Positions 34,701 to 42,286 of a stretch of 59,172 nucleotides of DNA are shown in pieces. A program made the position numbers and the translations under genes. The notes below the pieces were generated by a model, which ran no database searches, was not told where the DNA came from, and worked only from the letters and a program-made list of their open reading frames with translations. Each line of letters begins with the position of its first letter. The first letter of the stretch is position 1. Source of the DNA: an uncultured Gammaproteobacteria bacterium (GTDB lineage Bacteria > Patescibacteriota > Patescibacteriia > UBA11705 > DATKZF01); NCBI GenBank assembly GCA_964411255.1, contig CAYPKD010000008.1, forward strand, positions 1-59,172. Direction: 5' to 3'.

Positions 34701-35547
34701 AATAATCAGTATGATCACCTGTAATATTAAAATTTGTACTATTGGTAAATGGATTACCATAAGTATCCAAACCATCGCATGTGCTGTCAGGACTATAGCC
34801 GTAATTCAAACTTGAAGCGACTAAATTTGTATCGGTTACAGTTATATTTATAGTGTCTGTCTGCACAGGGCCAGCAGCTGTACCATCATTTATTGTAAAA
34901 CCAGGGGGGGTGCCGTCAATTGTTGCCGTTGCAATACCTGAGCCTGCTGCAGGACCAGTATCCACAGTATCTGAAATATTACCTGCTGAAACAGCAGCAG
35001 TAACTGTATTTGTGTCAGTAGCTCCTGCATTCATTTCATAAGCCACATAATATCTCTCTGTAGTACCTAAAGCGCAATTTGGATTAATATCACCAGAAGC
35101 AGCAGAACCATCAATAAAATCTTTATCAAAAAACACTTGCGGAGTGGCGTCAAATGCATTTGTTGCTCCACCAGCAGTACCTGAATATCCAATTAAGGTA
35201 TCTGAACTAGGACTAAATAACGCATTTCCATTTCCTCCGCAGCCTAAACCGTCATCATCAAGATATAATAAAACTCTATCAACATCAGCTTCTGGTGCTG
35301 TGCCTCCAGCGTCAATAATAATACTCTCTAAACTTCTATTATCAGCATCTTGTAAGTCAATACTCAACATAGCCTGAACTCCGCCAGGAGCAACCACTCC
35401 ACCAATAATAGCTACAGTCGCAGTATCAAAATTAGCTGCGCTGGCTACATTAACTGAAAAATTAAAAGCAAATGCGAATACCATTACAAAAATCATTAAA
35501 CTGATTAATGCAATTGGCATAATTTTGTTAATTTGTTTTTTTGTCAT
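31774..35547 (-). CDS. Secreted surface-layer-like paralogue P3 (1257 aa, with tandemly duplicated Ig-like block)
   Basis: Signal peptide, Thr/Gly/Ala/Asp-rich Ig-like repeats, Big_5-like segment, GGGGGGS, the same beta-sandwich, a PEEPGEEPEPGEEP linker and the same C-terminal module as P1 and P2. Confidence 0.8.
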   Translation of the reverse strand: MTKKQINKIMPIALISLMIFVMVFAFAFNFSVNVASAANFDTATVAIIGGVVAPGGVQAMLSIDLQDADNRSLESIIIDAGGTAPEADVDRVLLYLDDDGLGCGGNGNALFSPSSDTLIGYSGTAGGATNAFDATPQVFFDKDFIDGSAASGDINPNCALGTTERYYVAYEMNAGATDTNTVTAAVSAGNISDTVDTGPAAGSGIATATIDGTPPGFTINDGTAAGPVQTDTINITVTDTNLVASSLNYGYSPDSTCDGLDTYGNPFTNSTNFNITGDHTDYLCVVAYDQAFNFAYQLVGQLNTDNTPPAQPPAPDLNAGSDTGPSSVDDITSDTTPQLDGTAEAGSTVAFTSSIDGAVGSTTAGGGIYNYSVSVLSEGTHNMTVVATDAATNSSPASPALTITIDTSAPGFTINNGTDAGPVQTDTINVTVTDANLDAGSLEYGYSADSTCDGTDTYGNPFTNSTDFFITGDHTDYLCVTADDLAGFTSYQLVGQLNTDNTPPAAPSVPDLNAASDTGASSIDDITNDATPQFDGTGEAGSTITIISNVDGNIGTGTATGGNYNVTVGGMTTAGQTGTAHNITATATDAAGNTSVASAALPIVVDVTQPFSVPGAGTNPIYDGDLTQEVTFTYNEAMDPASTPTSNFGATAGVITSNSDGAWGGGNTIWTETFNITDANEDVLGVSLDSSAASDVAGNVEVLTWVAFFDVDTQNPTITAAYTQDTDGVGPPSPGIIDTYRVTFNEPVIDASYNGGGAGLALTGEAGIPSFNTNHPTANVANDQYATFYFPTPLGGQDTGAIPDITTVTTGLITDLAGNPMVTIGSGTVAETDGAAPIILSTNPVSGAPSVFVNQNLIVTFSEAMSTGTVTQAQTAGPDPGGWAVSWSAGNTVATYSHNLFDYGTSYTEQITAGQDVNALGLAPGPVANPWSFTTSSPGGGGGGGSAVYPSNVSVIINNDVAETESQVVTLSIVAADADEMTLSNDPNFVGAVWEPYANSKTWTLTSGYETKTVYANFKSTSGNTAKTIAQDSIDYVETASEPEEPGEEPEPGEEPVYPSELKVGDLIKGSNSSAVYILGSDGKRHVFPTDKVYFSWFKDFSAVQVISDADLAAIPLGANVTMRPGTWLVKIQSLAPVYAVEPGGVIRWIANEEIAEQLYGSIWNQIIVDVSDAFWPNYIKGDGITTVSHPSGALISYEGDGNNIYIDNGLTRLISSSVFDANMFNSDFVIQNVSNSIVYPPGADLPSMSIVEMMGL
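32381..32422 (-). repeat. Repeats encoding the (PGEE)n linker in P3
   Basis: GGCTCTTCGCCT GGTTCTGGTTCTTCTCCA GGCTCTTCAGG. Confidence 0.6.
33740..34925 (-). repeat. Tandem duplication (two units of about 590 bp / 195 aa) inside P3
   Basis: The protein block PGFTIN(D/N)GT.AGPVQTDTIN(I/V)TVTD.NL...DSTCDG.DTYGNPFTNST.F.ITGDHTDYLCV...QLVGQLNTDNTPPA...DTG.SS.DDIT.D.TPQ.DGT.EAGST occurs twice. Boundaries are approximate. Confidence 0.7.
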
Positions 35548-35631
35548 AAGAATAATAAAAATTAGTTATTAAAATAACTTAGGCAATTTTGCCTTTTATA
35601 AATATATAAAAATATTAGTTTTCTATCTTTA

Positions 35632-35671
35632 ATTATACAACATTTTATCGATATTAGTAAAGTTATCCACA
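35632..35671 (-). promoter_or_regulatory. P3 promoter region: TGTGGATAA, 25 nt, TATAAT
   Basis: Minus-strand TGTGGATAA (35671-35663), 25 nt, then TATAAT (35637-35632). Confidence 0.45.
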
Positions 35672-35675
35672 TATC

Positions 35676-35702
35676 AAAAAAGAGGCTATTTTTTTGCCTC
35701 TT
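35676..35702 (-). terminator. Terminator after P4
   Basis: Stem AAGAGGC/GCCTCTT with a 9-nt loop and a T-run on the minus strand. Confidence 0.6.
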
Positions 35703-35716
35703 TTTATCTATAATTT

Positions 35717-37399
35717 TTATTGATTTGACTGCTCTTGAAATTCTTCCAAATCCTCAAATTCCAAAGCCAACATTTCCAATAGGTTTTGAGCATTGGCAAA
35801 AGACTCACCTTCATAATAATCAGTATAAAATGAATCTGAAAGATCATCCACTTCATCTGCCCAATCAGTACCATACAGCATACTTGCATCTTCTTCTGTT
35901 TCCAGCCAATGAAGCTCTCCGCCTTCAGCTGCTAAAAATACCTTTGGTACTGACTGTAGCTTAAATAAACTTCCTGGTTTATATTGTACATTACTACCTA
36001 ATGGATATGATGCTAATTCTTCTGCTGATATTGTTTCTACACTGCTAAAATCATCAAACCATGAAAAGAAAATATTTTCATTTGGAAATACATGCCTAAC
36101 ATCACTTGAATCCAAGAAATAAACTGTAGAAAAATCAGGGGATTTTACCAATCGTCCATCTAAAGTTTCATATGTTTCAAATTCAACAAAACCAAAAACT
36201 GGAAAATCTATACCGAAAAACGGCATTTTTAGAAATTCTCCATCTGCTTTGGCAAAAAACAATGACAAACCAACCAGGTTTGAATTAACCACTACGTGCA
36301 CTTCACCCATAGAATTTGTTTCTTGGCTGTCTATGTATAATATTTCATCATATGAACCCTTAGTTGAAATCAATTCAATATGCTTGCCACTGACAGGATT
36401 TTCATTTTCATCAAGAACAGTCACTGTCACTTCCATGTCTTCTCCCACTGTACCAATAATTCGGTCTGGTATAATAGTTGAATTTTCATATGGCAAAGTG
36501 TCAGAAGGTGTGATATTAACTGTAATTGGCTCTTGCTGCGACCAAGTTCCTCTTGAATCTTTTGATTTCGTTTTAATTATATATTCACCTGGCGCAATAT
36601 TTGACCAGTCATATTTCCAAGTTAAAAAATATGGTTCAATGCCTGTCACGTCCATCCAGGTATCAGATTCACCCTGCTGGGTAATGCTAATCTGAACAAT
36701 TTCAACATTTGCTCCGCCTTGGTCTTTGGCCATTCCTTCAATCTGATAAGAATTGGCTGAATAAGAATCGCCATCAAATAAATTTGTAATATTTACCTTT
36801 GGGCCAAGCGGATCCTGATTAGCGCGTGTACTCAGCTGGTCATTTCCGATGACAACATTCTCAGTCGGGCCATTAACACCCAGTGCTGTAAAAATACCCA
36901 AATCTCCTGGATCATACATGCCATCTTCATTAAAATCTGTAAGCATTGGGATTCTGAATTTTAATGATTTGTTTGAAGCAATGTTTTTCTTTGTAGTGAC
37001 AGTGACAAACATGCGCAATCCTTCAGCTGAAATAAATTCATAAATATAATCAAAAAGCCAGCCGTTTATTTCATTTTTCCAGTCGCCAGCCAGTATTAAA
37101 TTATCTATGCCCATTCCTTGAAATCCTTCTGGACCGTCATCTGACCATAATTGTACTTGATCAATTTCACTTAGACTTGCGGTTCCAATATTTTGGAGTG
37201 TTAATGTTTCCAAAACATCTCCACCCATTACATCACATGGGAGAGTAAAATCCATTACTAAAAAATCAAAATTTTCTGAATAAACATAAGCTGTACCAAT
37301 CGGATGAACTTCAACCATTGATGAAGTAAAAGCCCTGGCTTCAAATCCTAAAAAGATAAAAGCCAAGCAGAGAAATAATACTAAAAATTTTTTAAACAT
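35717..37399 (-). CDS. Secreted paralogue P4 (Ig-like/Big_1-like domains plus shared C-terminal module)
   Basis: Signal peptide. C-terminus TVYFLDSSDVRHVFPNENIFFSWFDDFSSVETISAEELASYPLGSNV...LHWLETEEDASMLYG matches the module of P1-P3. Confidence 0.75.
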   Translation of the reverse strand: MFKKFLVLFLCLAFIFLGFEARAFTSSMVEVHPIGTAYVYSENFDFLVMDFTLPCDVMGGDVLETLTLQNIGTASLSEIDQVQLWSDDGPEGFQGMGIDNLILAGDWKNEINGWLFDYIYEFISAEGLRMFVTVTTKKNIASNKSLKFRIPMLTDFNEDGMYDPGDLGIFTALGVNGPTENVVIGNDQLSTRANQDPLGPKVNITNLFDGDSYSANSYQIEGMAKDQGGANVEIVQISITQQGESDTWMDVTGIEPYFLTWKYDWSNIAPGEYIIKTKSKDSRGTWSQQEPITVNITPSDTLPYENSTIIPDRIIGTVGEDMEVTVTVLDENENPVSGKHIELISTKGSYDEILYIDSQETNSMGEVHVVVNSNLVGLSLFFAKADGEFLKMPFFGIDFPVFGFVEFETYETLDGRLVKSPDFSTVYFLDSSDVRHVFPNENIFFSWFDDFSSVETISAEELASYPLGSNVQYKPGSLFKLQSVPKVFLAAEGGELHWLETEEDASMLYGTDWADEVDDLSDSFYTDYYEGESFANAQNLLEMLALEFEDLEEFQEQSNQ

Positions 37400-37402
37400 A
37401 AA

Positions 37403-38050
37403 TTATTTTTTATTTTTTAATATTTCAATTTCTTCTTTTATTCCCTCATTATTTGGCTCAAACTGCAAAGCGATTTCATAAAATTCAATTGCCTTACTGA
37501 TATTTCCCATTTCTCTATAAGCCAATGCCATCATTTTTGGCAATTCTGAATCATTTGGCATAAACTGCCTGCCATATTCAGCGATTGGTATGAATTCTGG
37601 CAATTTTTCCCTTTTAACATCAATATAAATAGTTAATAAATTTCGATACGCGCTGATCTGCTTCACATTATTTTCTATAATTTTTTTATTTGCTTGTTCA
37701 GCTTTATCAAAATTCTGGGTTCTTACATACAAAGAAGCCAGATTCATATAATATAAATTGTCATTTCTAACTTCAGTACAGCGTATATAATATTCTATTG
37801 CCCGCTCTAAATCTCCCTCATTTTCATAAGCCTCAGCAATAAAAAATAAAACATCTTTGTTATGTAAATCCTGCTCTAATTCTGTTTTTAAAATTTTAAT
37901 CTCATCTGTGTCATTTTGTTCATACACAGCAAAAGATTTTATATATGACTTTTGCTCACCTACTTTTACCCACCAGACTATACTTGCAAAACCTAAAATA
38001 ATTAGGATTATTAGTAAAATAAATAGGATTTTTTTTACTTTTTCATTCAT
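37403..38050 (-). CDS. Membrane-anchored TPR-repeat protein
   Basis: N-terminal TM followed by repeated A..YE..GD...AI.YY-type 34-aa units. There is a 3-nt gap to P4. Confidence 0.7.
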   Translation of the reverse strand: MNEKVKKILFILLIILIILGFASIVWWVKVGEQKSYIKSFAVYEQNDTDEIKILKTELEQDLHNKDVLFFIAEAYENEGDLERAIEYYIRCTEVRNDNLYYMNLASLYVRTQNFDKAEQANKKIIENNVKQISAYRNLLTIYIDVKREKLPEFIPIAEYGRQFMPNDSELPKMMALAYREMGNISKAIEFYEIALQFEPNNEGIKEEIEILKNKK

Positions 38051-38147
38051 AATATACTTTTTTATGTAATAAAATTTTACCAGAAATATCGAAAAAAATC
38101 AAATATAATGGAAAAAAGGGGAAACTTTATTTTCAGTGTTTTGACGT

Positions 38148-38177
38148 GGTAAGTCACTTTGGCCAAAGTGACTTACC
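38148..38177. other. Perfect 13-bp hairpin
   Basis: GGTAAGTCACTTT-GGCC-AAAGTGACTTACC. Confidence 0.7.
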
Positions 38178-38194
38178 ATTCGGATATTTTTAGG

Positions 38195-38367
38195 TGGAAT
38201 CGTTGTTGAATAATAGGTACGATGAGCGAGACATGTACTCGGGGAATCCCTAGCCTACGCCAAGGCTTCGGCTCGCAGGCAGATTCCCGCTTGGCAGTCT
38301 AGTTTCTCCTGCTCAAAAATGCTGAGGGAAAACTCTGTTTCCCCGCCCATATTCGTTGCAGGAAAAC
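38195..38367. ncRNA. Candidate structured RNA of unknown family; strand unresolved
   Basis: A roughly 170-nt stretch that is visibly far more G+C-rich than its flanks. Nested stems include GGGAATC/GATTCCC (38242-48 with 38283-89), a GGC-UUCG-GCU tetraloop hairpin, GGGAAA/TTTCCC and GTTTCC/GGAAAC. No credible ORF. Confidence 0.3.
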
Positions 38368-38393
38368 AAAACCCCGCCAAATGGCGGGGTTTT
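38368..38393 (-). terminator. Strong terminator after P5
   Basis: AAAACCCCGCC-AAAT-GGCGGGGTTTT, an 11-bp stem. Confidence 0.8.
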
Positions 38394-38417
38394 GACTATC
38401 TAATCTGTTAAAACAAA

Positions 38418-41400
38418 TTAGTATGTGAAGGTATTACCATTAACTGGTGTTTCCTTGGTTAATGAAGAATCAACCCAAGGAGGACCTGCTATAGGAAGTA
38501 ATTCAGTATCAGACCAGTCAATACCTCGTTGTGTTACAGAAGTAACAGCAAGGTCACCTGTCAAACTGGCAGTAAAGCTCTGTGGATTTACAGAACCTTG
38601 AGTATCAGTAATTAATTTGACACTCTTAGTTGTACCAGAAGAGACAGATAGTGTTGCATTCCAGCCAGTAGTACCTACGACATCAGCATATCCACCCATA
38701 TAAGCTCCTAATGGAAGAGCTGACCAGTATACTACTGAATTATCAAGAGTTCTCAATTCAGTATTATTAACACCACCACCAGCAATTGTACCACCAAAAT
38801 AGAATTCCATATTCATGACAGTAATGTCATCACCAGTCGCTGTTAAGTCAAGTCTTAATGCTTCTTGGTCTGGAGCGCCAGTTGCACTGCCACCAGGTGA
38901 ATTTACATTCTTGGTAACAGTTAGTAAACCGTCATATTGGTAGAAGTCATTTCCACCATATACTAGGCCAGGAACAACTGGGTTACCCCAAGTATCGTCA
39001 ATAGTATCAACAGTCTGCAAAGCAGCTCCTGAATCCATACCGACAGCTTCCATCAAGTATGTATCATTACCGCCAGCAGCCCAGTTACTCCAGTTAGCAC
39101 CTGTCTGAGTAGTTGCATCAGCAATACCCATAACAAAGTCATCACCTGAAGTTAACTGAGTCTTATCCTTTAATCCTACTTCACCAGTAAGAACCATTGA
39201 TCCGTCCTGAGGTACGACTAATGTACCAGATGTCAGGTTAAGAACACCTAAACAGGTTACAGGATCTAATGGAACTGAAGCTCCAAGCTGTGTAGCACCG
39301 TCCCATAGAGTTACATCACTCACATTAGCAGCACAGTTAACTGCACCTGCTGCAGTATTAGCCATTTGGCCAGCAAATACTGAAATCTTGGTAACGTCTA
39401 CATCTTCATATCGAGCTTCAAGCTTATATTTAAACACAGGATTTCCGCTTGATCCAGCAACTAATTGCGCAGCTACTGGAGTATCAGCATCCAATGTTAC
39501 ACGAAGCTCACCATTAGCTTGATATGTCTGAACAGGACTGATTGTTCCTGGTAAAGTTAAAGTACCAGCTACACCACTGTCATCACCGACAGCAGTAACT
39601 GCTGTGACATTGGCGATAAAGGTATTGGTAGCTGTTGGATTGGTATTGTCAACCAATAATGCAAGATTTTCAATATCAGTCATTGAGGCAATAAAGCCGT
39701 CATCAATGTTAAAGACAACAGTTTCAGGAGCAGTAGCAGAATACTGTTCTGTTTCACCGATTTGAACTAGGCCATCCCATAACTCAAAATTATTTAAGTT
39801 AGCCCATGTTTCAGTACCCCAGTTAGTAATGGTAATAGATGTTACTTTTATGTCTTCGCCACTACCAGTAGCATCTAATTCAATATTAGCCATTTCATGG
39901 TTTTGTGAACCAGCAATTACAGTACCGGCAATTGGGTTTGCACCCATGTCAGCATTTAATGCTGGGCCTTGGGCAGTCATAACATTACAGTTAATAACTG
40001 CGTTTGGTGTTGGGGTAATAGTCTTATTTGAAGTCAAACCTTTAACATTTGTTAAAGCAGTAGCTGGGTTCATTGAGACCTGATACTGCCTTCCAGCAGT
40101 GCCATTTGCTAATTTACCAGTTACAAAGACTTCATCAGTACCGCTCATCAATTCAAAGCTTGATGAGAAAGTGCCAGTAAATGTTGGCCATGCACCTGTC
40201 AAGTTAACAGGACCGCCCAATACTGTGCCAGTATCATCTAAGATTCTTAGCAAAGTGATATCATTTACTGTTTCAGCACCGCCAATACCTGTAACAGTTA
40301 CAGCCATTTGTCCAAATCTGACATCTTCACCCTTGATTAAGAAATCAAAGCTGCAAAGTTCTACATCAGATGAACCAACTGGAATATTTCCAGTTGCTGG
40401 AGCATTTGAACCTTTACTGACTGTTACAGTACCCTGGTTGATAGTGGTCAAAGGACCAACACCAGCCCAAGTACCTGCAGTCAAAGGTACGCCATAACCA
40501 TATGTAGCACCAGTAGCCTGGATAGTCCACGCAGAACCATCCCAGATATCAAAGCCAACAGTTCGTCCTGAACCGCCTACGACATCACTTCTACCGCCTA
40601 ATTCTACATAATTACCCTGAGTGACCTGTAATCCAGGTGTAGCCCAGACTAATTTGTCATCAGTGGTCCAATCAGCTGTACCATATGACATGCCAGCAGT
40701 AGTATTATATAATTCTAAGTCATCTAAATCAGATGTGATGAAACTTGAAGCAGTTCCTCTCATAAGAGTAACGTAGTCGATGTTAACATCTTCTACTGCA
40801 TTTGCCCAAAGTTTCATGTGTACAAAGATATGATCAGTAGCGTCAATATCTACAGTTGGAGTACCTGATGGTTGTAAAGTACCATTGTCAACTGTAAGAC
40901 CACCTACATTAATCGCAGTAAGGGTCATAGTGTTTCCATTTATTGGGAAAGCACCAGATACAGATGAAGCATTACTAACAATGTCAGATGCAGATTCAAT
41001 TCCAAATACTACTTCACCAGTACCGCCACCAAAACCAGGACCGTCAAAGGCTAATTCTAATGGCTGTGTAGCGCCATCAGACACAGTCCAACCGCCTGAT
41101 ACGTTAAATACTGCTTTATGATCAGCATTCAATGTTTGGCTAGTACCAACCATTGTGCCGTTTTCATATAATTTAGCAGCAGCAATTAAGGCATCTGTAC
41201 TTAAACCGCTTCGTAAGAAGCTAAGTTTATCGATTTTTACATCACCACCTGTAGCAGTAAAATTAACTTTTACAGCAGGGATATCAATAGCTGAATCAGG
41301 TACAGACTGGGCTGCTGGAGTATCAGCTGCCAAAGCAACTGTTAAAGCTCCGCCTGTTCCAGGACCTGGAACAACAGCACCGCCGCCCTGAGAATCATCT

Positions 41401-42107
41401 ACTAAATCAGCTTCGCCACCAGTAATTTCAGCACCATCACTGTATGAATCTAATACAGCTTGTGTAGTTACGTTAACATATTCCCAATAGAATCTGTTTG
41501 CGTAAAATGCTGATTCTGAGGCAATTCTTCTCTTCATGCCATCCCAGATTAAATATACATCTGGGCTTCCAGAAGCTTGTATTAAAAAGCCGTCTGGATA
41601 CCAAGTACCATCTAATTCAACACCTGTATCAGTATAATTTGGCCAAAAAGCGTCTGAAACATCAATCACTCTAGAGCCCCAATCTGCGCCAAACATAGTA
41701 ACAGCAGATGCTTCACTGTTCACCCAATATAATTTACCATCTCTACCAACTGCATAAACTTTTGGAATAGACTGGATCTTTATCAGTTTGGTGCCATAAC
41801 GAGTAACAACATTGCCTGCTAACGGAATAGCTGCAAGCTCTGCGTCTGTTATAACAATCACGCCTGAAAAGTCATACTGCCAAGTGAAATAATACTTGTC
41901 TTGAGGATATACATATCTATTTCCATCGCCTGCATTGAAATAGACAGCGTCAAAGCTACCCATGATAGTATCACCACCGGCAAGTGTTGCAGCACTTGCT
42001 ACTGGAACTAGAGTAGCGATGCCCATTGACCAAACAATAGTCGCAAGGACAACCCCAAAAGTAAAAACTTTTTTTAGGTTATTCATAATAATTTTAATCT
42101 CCTTCAC
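38418..42107 (-). CDS. Major S-layer-like protein P5 (1229 aa; shared module at the N-terminus, then repeated beta-sandwich-like units)
   Basis: SD AAGGAG. Signal peptide ...VPVASAAT. N-terminus AVYFNAGDGNRYVYPQDKYYFTWQYDFSGVIVITDAELAAIPLAGNV...LYWVNSEASAVTMFG. The remainder is Thr/Gly/Ala/Val-rich. Confidence 0.8.
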   Translation of the reverse strand: MKEIKIIMNNLKKVFTFGVVLATIVWSMGIATLVPVASAATLAGGDTIMGSFDAVYFNAGDGNRYVYPQDKYYFTWQYDFSGVIVITDAELAAIPLAGNVVTRYGTKLIKIQSIPKVYAVGRDGKLYWVNSEASAVTMFGADWGSRVIDVSDAFWPNYTDTGVELDGTWYPDGFLIQASGSPDVYLIWDGMKRRIASESAFYANRFYWEYVNVTTQAVLDSYSDGAEITGGEADLVDDSQGGGAVVPGPGTGGALTVALAADTPAAQSVPDSAIDIPAVKVNFTATGGDVKIDKLSFLRSGLSTDALIAAAKLYENGTMVGTSQTLNADHKAVFNVSGGWTVSDGATQPLELAFDGPGFGGGTGEVVFGIESASDIVSNASSVSGAFPINGNTMTLTAINVGGLTVDNGTLQPSGTPTVDIDATDHIFVHMKLWANAVEDVNIDYVTLMRGTASSFITSDLDDLELYNTTAGMSYGTADWTTDDKLVWATPGLQVTQGNYVELGGRSDVVGGSGRTVGFDIWDGSAWTIQATGATYGYGVPLTAGTWAGVGPLTTINQGTVTVSKGSNAPATGNIPVGSSDVELCSFDFLIKGEDVRFGQMAVTVTGIGGAETVNDITLLRILDDTGTVLGGPVNLTGAWPTFTGTFSSSFELMSGTDEVFVTGKLANGTAGRQYQVSMNPATALTNVKGLTSNKTITPTPNAVINCNVMTAQGPALNADMGANPIAGTVIAGSQNHEMANIELDATGSGEDIKVTSITITNWGTETWANLNNFELWDGLVQIGETEQYSATAPETVVFNIDDGFIASMTDIENLALLVDNTNPTATNTFIANVTAVTAVGDDSGVAGTLTLPGTISPVQTYQANGELRVTLDADTPVAAQLVAGSSGNPVFKYKLEARYEDVDVTKISVFAGQMANTAAGAVNCAANVSDVTLWDGATQLGASVPLDPVTCLGVLNLTSGTLVVPQDGSMVLTGEVGLKDKTQLTSGDDFVMGIADATTQTGANWSNWAAGGNDTYLMEAVGMDSGAALQTVDTIDDTWGNPVVPGLVYGGNDFYQYDGLLTVTKNVNSPGGSATGAPDQEALRLDLTATGDDITVMNMEFYFGGTIAGGGVNNTELRTLDNSVVYWSALPLGAYMGGYADVVGTTGWNATLSVSSGTTKSVKLITDTQGSVNPQSFTASLTGDLAVTSVTQRGIDWSDTELLPIAGPPWVDSSLTKETPVNGNTFTY

Positions 42108-42286
42108 CTCTAGGTATATTTTTACATCTATAGTTTGTAAAAATATATTCGAGGCTAATAATATCTTTAATTATGTCAGGACCTCTTGCTTATGCAAATC
42201 GACCTTTCTGGGTCTGACAACCTAAAGAGCTTGATTAATAATAAATATATATCTTTAGGATTTTTATAAATAATTAATAATAAATT

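Noticed and set aside
24215-35547. A diversity-generating retroelement (Avd-like gene plus variable surface proteins).
   Set aside because: No reverse transcriptase ORF occurs anywhere in the window. I found no template/variable repeat pair with adenine-specific differences. The P1/P2 divergence is spread over about 1 kb, not over a short C-terminal VR.
38195-38367. Assignment of the G+C-rich islands (23407-23512, 38195-38367, 46555-46735) to tmRNA, RNase P RNA, rRNA fragments or additional tRNAs.
   Set aside because: The hallmark strings were not found in either orientation. These are the tRNA-like 3' end with a tag ORF, GAGGAAAGUCC/ACAGAAA, and T-loop GTTCGAATC with a matching acceptor stem. 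The islands therefore remain unassigned rather than called.
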